In this document: positions 60,755-64,000 of the stretch, piece after piece
Position numbering within the stretch: position 1 is the stretch's first letter
How the letters are laid out: every line of letters begins with the position of its first letter
Assembly (NCBI GenBank): GCA_027021705.1
Contig: JALUTT010000117.1
Coordinates: 39,099 to 103,098 of the forward strand
Direction of reading: 5' to 3'
Length of the DNA stretch: 64,000 nt
DNA from: Anaerolineae bacterium
GTDB lineage: Bacteria > Chloroflexota > Anaerolineae > S140-20
Notes under the pieces: model-generated
The model's database searches: none
Seen by the model: only the letters and a program-made list of their open reading frames with translations
What the model was told of the DNA's origin: nothing
Made by a program: the position numbers and the translations under genes

Positions 60755-62446
60755 ATGCGCTTCGCCCGAGCAACCCTTTCCCTCTCCGCCGCCGTCTTCG
60801 CCTTCCTCTTCTGGCTGGGGCAGATGTGCACCCTCTCACCGATGTCGCCCACAGCCGGCCCTCCTGTCGCGCCTGCTACCCCCTCGGAGACGCCCCCCGC
60901 CACCGGTCCTGTAGAGAGCAGCCCCCGCCCGACCGGGCCACGGCCCCATCGGGCGGCCGCGCCATCCGCCTACTACGTCGCGCCCAACGGGGATGACGCC
61001 AACCCCGGCAGTGAGGCCCAGCCCTGGCGGACCATCCAGCACGCCGCCGAGAGCGTCGGTCCCGGCGACACCGTCTACGTCCGGGAGGGCGTCTACCACG
61101 AGGCCGTGACCATCTTGGTCTCCGGGTCGGAGGCCGGTGGCTACATCACCTTCCGCAACTACCCCGGCGAGAGGCCGGTGCTGGACGGCACGGGCCTCTC
61201 GGACCCCGACGGCGTCAATGCCTTCTACATCGAGGACCAGAGCTACCTGATCATCCAGGGCTTCGAGATCCGCAACTACACGACCACGCTGCGGAACAGC
61301 GTGCCGATAGCCATCCAGGTCACCGGAGCCTCTCACCATATCCAGATTTTGGACAACGAGATCCACCGGATCGAGACCCACGCGCCCGTGGATGCCGACG
61401 GGCTGGGGGCCGACGCCCACGGGATCGCCGTCTACGGGAACCAGGCGACCCCCATCCGTCACCTGCTCATCCGGGGCAACCACCTGCATCACCTGGCCCT
61501 GGGCTCCAGCGAGGCGGTGGCGCTCAACGGCAACGTGGAGCAGTTCACCGTCACCCAGAACCTCATCCACGACACCGACAACATCGCCCTCGACTTCATC
61601 GGCTTCGAGGGGACCGCGCCCGACGCGGCTTACGACCAGGCCCGCTACGGCGTGGTGATCAGCAACACCATCTACAACGTGGACAGTGCCCCCAACCCGG
61701 CCTACGGGGGCGAGCGCAGCGCCGGGGGCATCTACGTGGATGGCGGGAGCCACATCCTCATCGAGCGGAACCGGGTCTTCTCGGCCAACATCGGCATCGA
61801 ACTGGCCAGCGAGCACGCGGGGCGGGCCACCCGCTTCATCACCGTGCGCAACAACCTGATCTACCACAACCAGATCGCCGGCATTGCCCTGGGCGGGTAC
61901 GACACCCTCCGGGGCTCCACCGAGGATTGCATCCTCGTCAACAACACCCTTTACCACAACGACACGCTGCAGGAGGGGAACGGCGAGCTCTGGCTCCAGT
62001 TCGACACGCGGGAGAACGTCATCAAGAACAATATCCTCTATGCCAACGACCAGGGACTCTTCATCAGCAACCCTTACACCCAGAACAGAGGCAACGTCGT
62101 GGACTACAACCTCTACTTCGCCCCGGCGGGGCGGGAGAAAGGCCAGTGGCAGTGGAAACAGGTGGCCTACACCGGCTTCGACACCTACCGCAGCGGGACG
62201 GGCAACGATGCTCACGGGCTCTTCGCCGACCCTCGGTTTGTGGACGAGGCCGCCCCCGACCTGCACCTGCGCGCCACTTCCCCCGCCATCAACGCGGGGG
62301 AGAACCTGACCGCTTCCGGTGACTGGGACGTGGATGGGGAGCCCCGCATCCAGGAGGGTGTTGTGGAGATGGGTGCCGATGAGGTAGGACGCCAGACCGC
62401 ACTGACTCCCTACACCTATCTGCCGCTCGTGGTGAAGCATCCCTGA
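60755..62446 (+). CDS. Secreted right-handed beta-helix (pectate lyase-like, DUF1565-type N-terminus) protein with C-terminal YLPLV motif
   Basis: Signal peptide, Pro-rich linker, YYVAPNGDDANPGS..PWRTIQHAA, Asn-rich beta-helix repeats, DMGADE-like tail, YTYLPLVVK. Confidence 0.85.
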   Translation: MRFARATLSLSAAVFAFLFWLGQMCTLSPMSPTAGPPVAPATPSETPPATGPVESSPRPTGPRPHRAAAPSAYYVAPNGDDANPGSEAQPWRTIQHAAESVGPGDTVYVREGVYHEAVTILVSGSEAGGYITFRNYPGERPVLDGTGLSDPDGVNAFYIEDQSYLIIQGFEIRNYTTTLRNSVPIAIQVTGASHHIQILDNEIHRIETHAPVDADGLGADAHGIAVYGNQATPIRHLLIRGNHLHHLALGSSEAVALNGNVEQFTVTQNLIHDTDNIALDFIGFEGTAPDAAYDQARYGVVISNTIYNVDSAPNPAYGGERSAGGIYVDGGSHILIERNRVFSANIGIELASEHAGRATRFITVRNNLIYHNQIAGIALGGYDTLRGSTEDCILVNNTLYHNDTLQEGNGELWLQFDTRENVIKNNILYANDQGLFISNPYTQNRGNVVDYNLYFAPAGREKGQWQWKQVAYTGFDTYRSGTGNDAHGLFADPRFVDEAAPDLHLRATSPAINAGENLTASGDWDVDGEPRIQEGVVEMGADEVGRQTALTPYTYLPLVVKHP

Positions 62447-62549
62447 GAGCACCTCCGTGATCCGGCGGGAGCGGGGAGGGCAGGGCGACGAGAGCCGGGT
62501 TATGCCCCCCCAAGGGGGCTCTCAGGGGAGTATTAAAGGTCAGTAACCC

Positions 62550-62578
62550 TTGATTTTGGGGGATGAATCGTGTACAAT
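62550..62578 (+). promoter_or_regulatory. Sigma70-type promoter upstream of spoVS
   Basis: TTGATT-N17-TACAAT. Confidence 0.5.
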
Positions 62579-62703
62579 AGCATGTAGCGGTAACCGATGG
62601 TGAAGCGACCATTGGGCGTGGGCGAGATGATTTCCCTGATCCCCAGCTCTGACAATGAGCGCCTGAGCGCAATCGGCTGGGCACCCCTGGAAGGAGGCGC
62701 AAG

Positions 62704-62964
62704 ATGGACATCATCAAAGTCTCGTCACGTAGTCGGTCAACGGCGGTAGCGGGGGCGATTGCCGGCGTGGTTCGAGAGCACGGCCGGGCCGAGGTCCAGG
62801 CGATAGGGGCCGGCGCGGTGAACCAGGCCATCAAAGCCACCGCGATTGCCCGCGGCTACCTGGCCCTGGACGGCATTGACGTCATCTGCATCCCTGCCTT
62901 CACCGAAGTGGACATTGATGGGCAAGAAAGGACGGCCGTGCGGCTGGTGGTCGAGCCGCGATGA
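62704..62964 (+). CDS. spoVS: Stage V sporulation protein S family
   Basis: IKVSSRS..AVAGAIAG, QAIGAGAVNQAIKA.AIARG. Confidence 0.93.
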   Translation: MDIIKVSSRSRSTAVAGAIAGVVREHGRAEVQAIGAGAVNQAIKATAIARGYLALDGIDVICIPAFTEVDIDGQERTAVRLVVEPR

Positions 62965-63797
62965 TCTGCTCGGTTGACCTTCACGTTCACAGCTCTGCCT
63001 CCGATGGCTCGTTAACCCCAACCGAGGTAGTCCACCTGGCCCTGCGCCAGGGGATGGAAGTGATCGCCCTCACCGATCACGACACGACCGACGGGATCGG
63101 TGAGGCCCAGCAGGCGGCGGCAGGCAGTCCTCTGAAGGTAATCCCCGGCCTCGAGATCAACACGGAAGGTCCCGACGGCGACATCCACGTCCTGGGATAC
63201 TACATCAACCCGAACCACGAGCCCCTGCAGGAACGGCTCCGAATCCTGCGGGAGGCTCGGTTGGTGCGGGCCAGAAAGATGATCGAGCGCCTGGCGGAGT
63301 TGGGCATGCCCCTGGAGTGGGAACGGGTCCTGGAGATCGCCGGTGAGGATCCGGCCATAGGGCGGCCCCACATCGCCCGGGCGTTGGCCGAGGCCGGCTA
63401 CGTGGCGACGGCACGGGAGGCTTTCGACCGGTACATCGGCAACGACGGCCCCGCTTACGTGCCTCGCCTGCGAATGCGCCCTGAGGAAGCCATCGCCGTG
63501 ATCCATCAGGCCGGCGGGGTGGCTGTGCTGGCCCATCCCGATCACCATCCCATCCTGAAACGACTGCCAGACTTGGTGGAGGCAGGGCTGGACGGTCTGG
63601 AGGTCTACTACCCCGAGCACACTCCCCAAGACGTGGCGCGTCTGGGAACGCTGGCCGCCCGCTACGGATTGCTGATGACAGGAGGAAGCGACTTCCACGG
63701 GCCGGGCCTGGGAAAAGATGCCCCGATGGGTTCGGTGACGCTGCCGGCCGGCCTCGTCTCCCGCCTGACTGCCCGCTGGCAGAGACAACGGGCGTAG
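62961..63797 (+). CDS. PHP-domain metallophosphoesterase
   Basis: DLHVHSSASDG, ALTDHD, GRPHIA, LAHP, TGGSDFHG. Confidence 0.93.
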   Translation: MICSVDLHVHSSASDGSLTPTEVVHLALRQGMEVIALTDHDTTDGIGEAQQAAAGSPLKVIPGLEINTEGPDGDIHVLGYYINPNHEPLQERLRILREARLVRARKMIERLAELGMPLEWERVLEIAGEDPAIGRPHIARALAEAGYVATAREAFDRYIGNDGPAYVPRLRMRPEEAIAVIHQAGGVAVLAHPDHHPILKRLPDLVEAGLDGLEVYYPEHTPQDVARLGTLAARYGLLMTGGSDFHGPGLGKDAPMGSVTLPAGLVSRLTARWQRQRA

Positions 63798-64000
63798 TTT
63801 GGCTCAATTCCCTATGTTGTGGAAGGACGCTGGGGAGGCCGGATGGGCTTCCCTCGGCGTCCTTCTGCATGCTCCGCGAGCGTATCGAGTTGGGGACCTA
63901 CAGGTCGCCGAAATGGGCTCTGGGCTTCGTAAAATGGTCGAAAAAGGGGGGGTGAGCTTGCCCATAATGAATTTGAGCCAACCCGCGAAATAGGGTACAA

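Noticed and set aside
63799..64000. Short ORFs at the right edge
   Set aside because: No SD or motif; probably intergenic.

Overview
GC-rich bacterial DNA, most likely Chloroflexota (Anaerolineae-like). This is inferred from the C-terminal YLPLV motifs, spoVS, abundant 7/8-nt intergenic tandem repeats and gene content. The left half is mostly housekeeping: ABC-2 permeases, a Fur-FTR1 iron locus, and a branched-chain amino acid/pantothenate cluster (ilvB-ilvN-ilvC-leuA-leuC-leuD-cimA-leuB ... panB-panE-ilvD) preceded by what look like two tandem leader-peptide attenuators. It also holds glcF, a fused glcD-glcE, toxin-antitoxin cassettes or their scars, and a two-component system. The centre is a defence island. 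It carries a type I-E CRISPR-Cas locus on the minus strand (80 repeats by manual count) whose Cas3 is fused to a complete HTH-WYL-WCX regulator and is preceded by a small paralogous HTH gene. A divergently transcribed ~1934-aa NACHT (NLR-like) protein follows, with an amyloid-like motif and 33 near-identical, combinatorially varied HEAT-like repeats. The right end has a PstS-like lipoprotein, uppP, tgt, a secreted beta-helix protein, spoVS and a PHP-domain gene. Two dispersed palindromic repeat families occur several times. All calls come from reading motifs by eye; no database searches were run.
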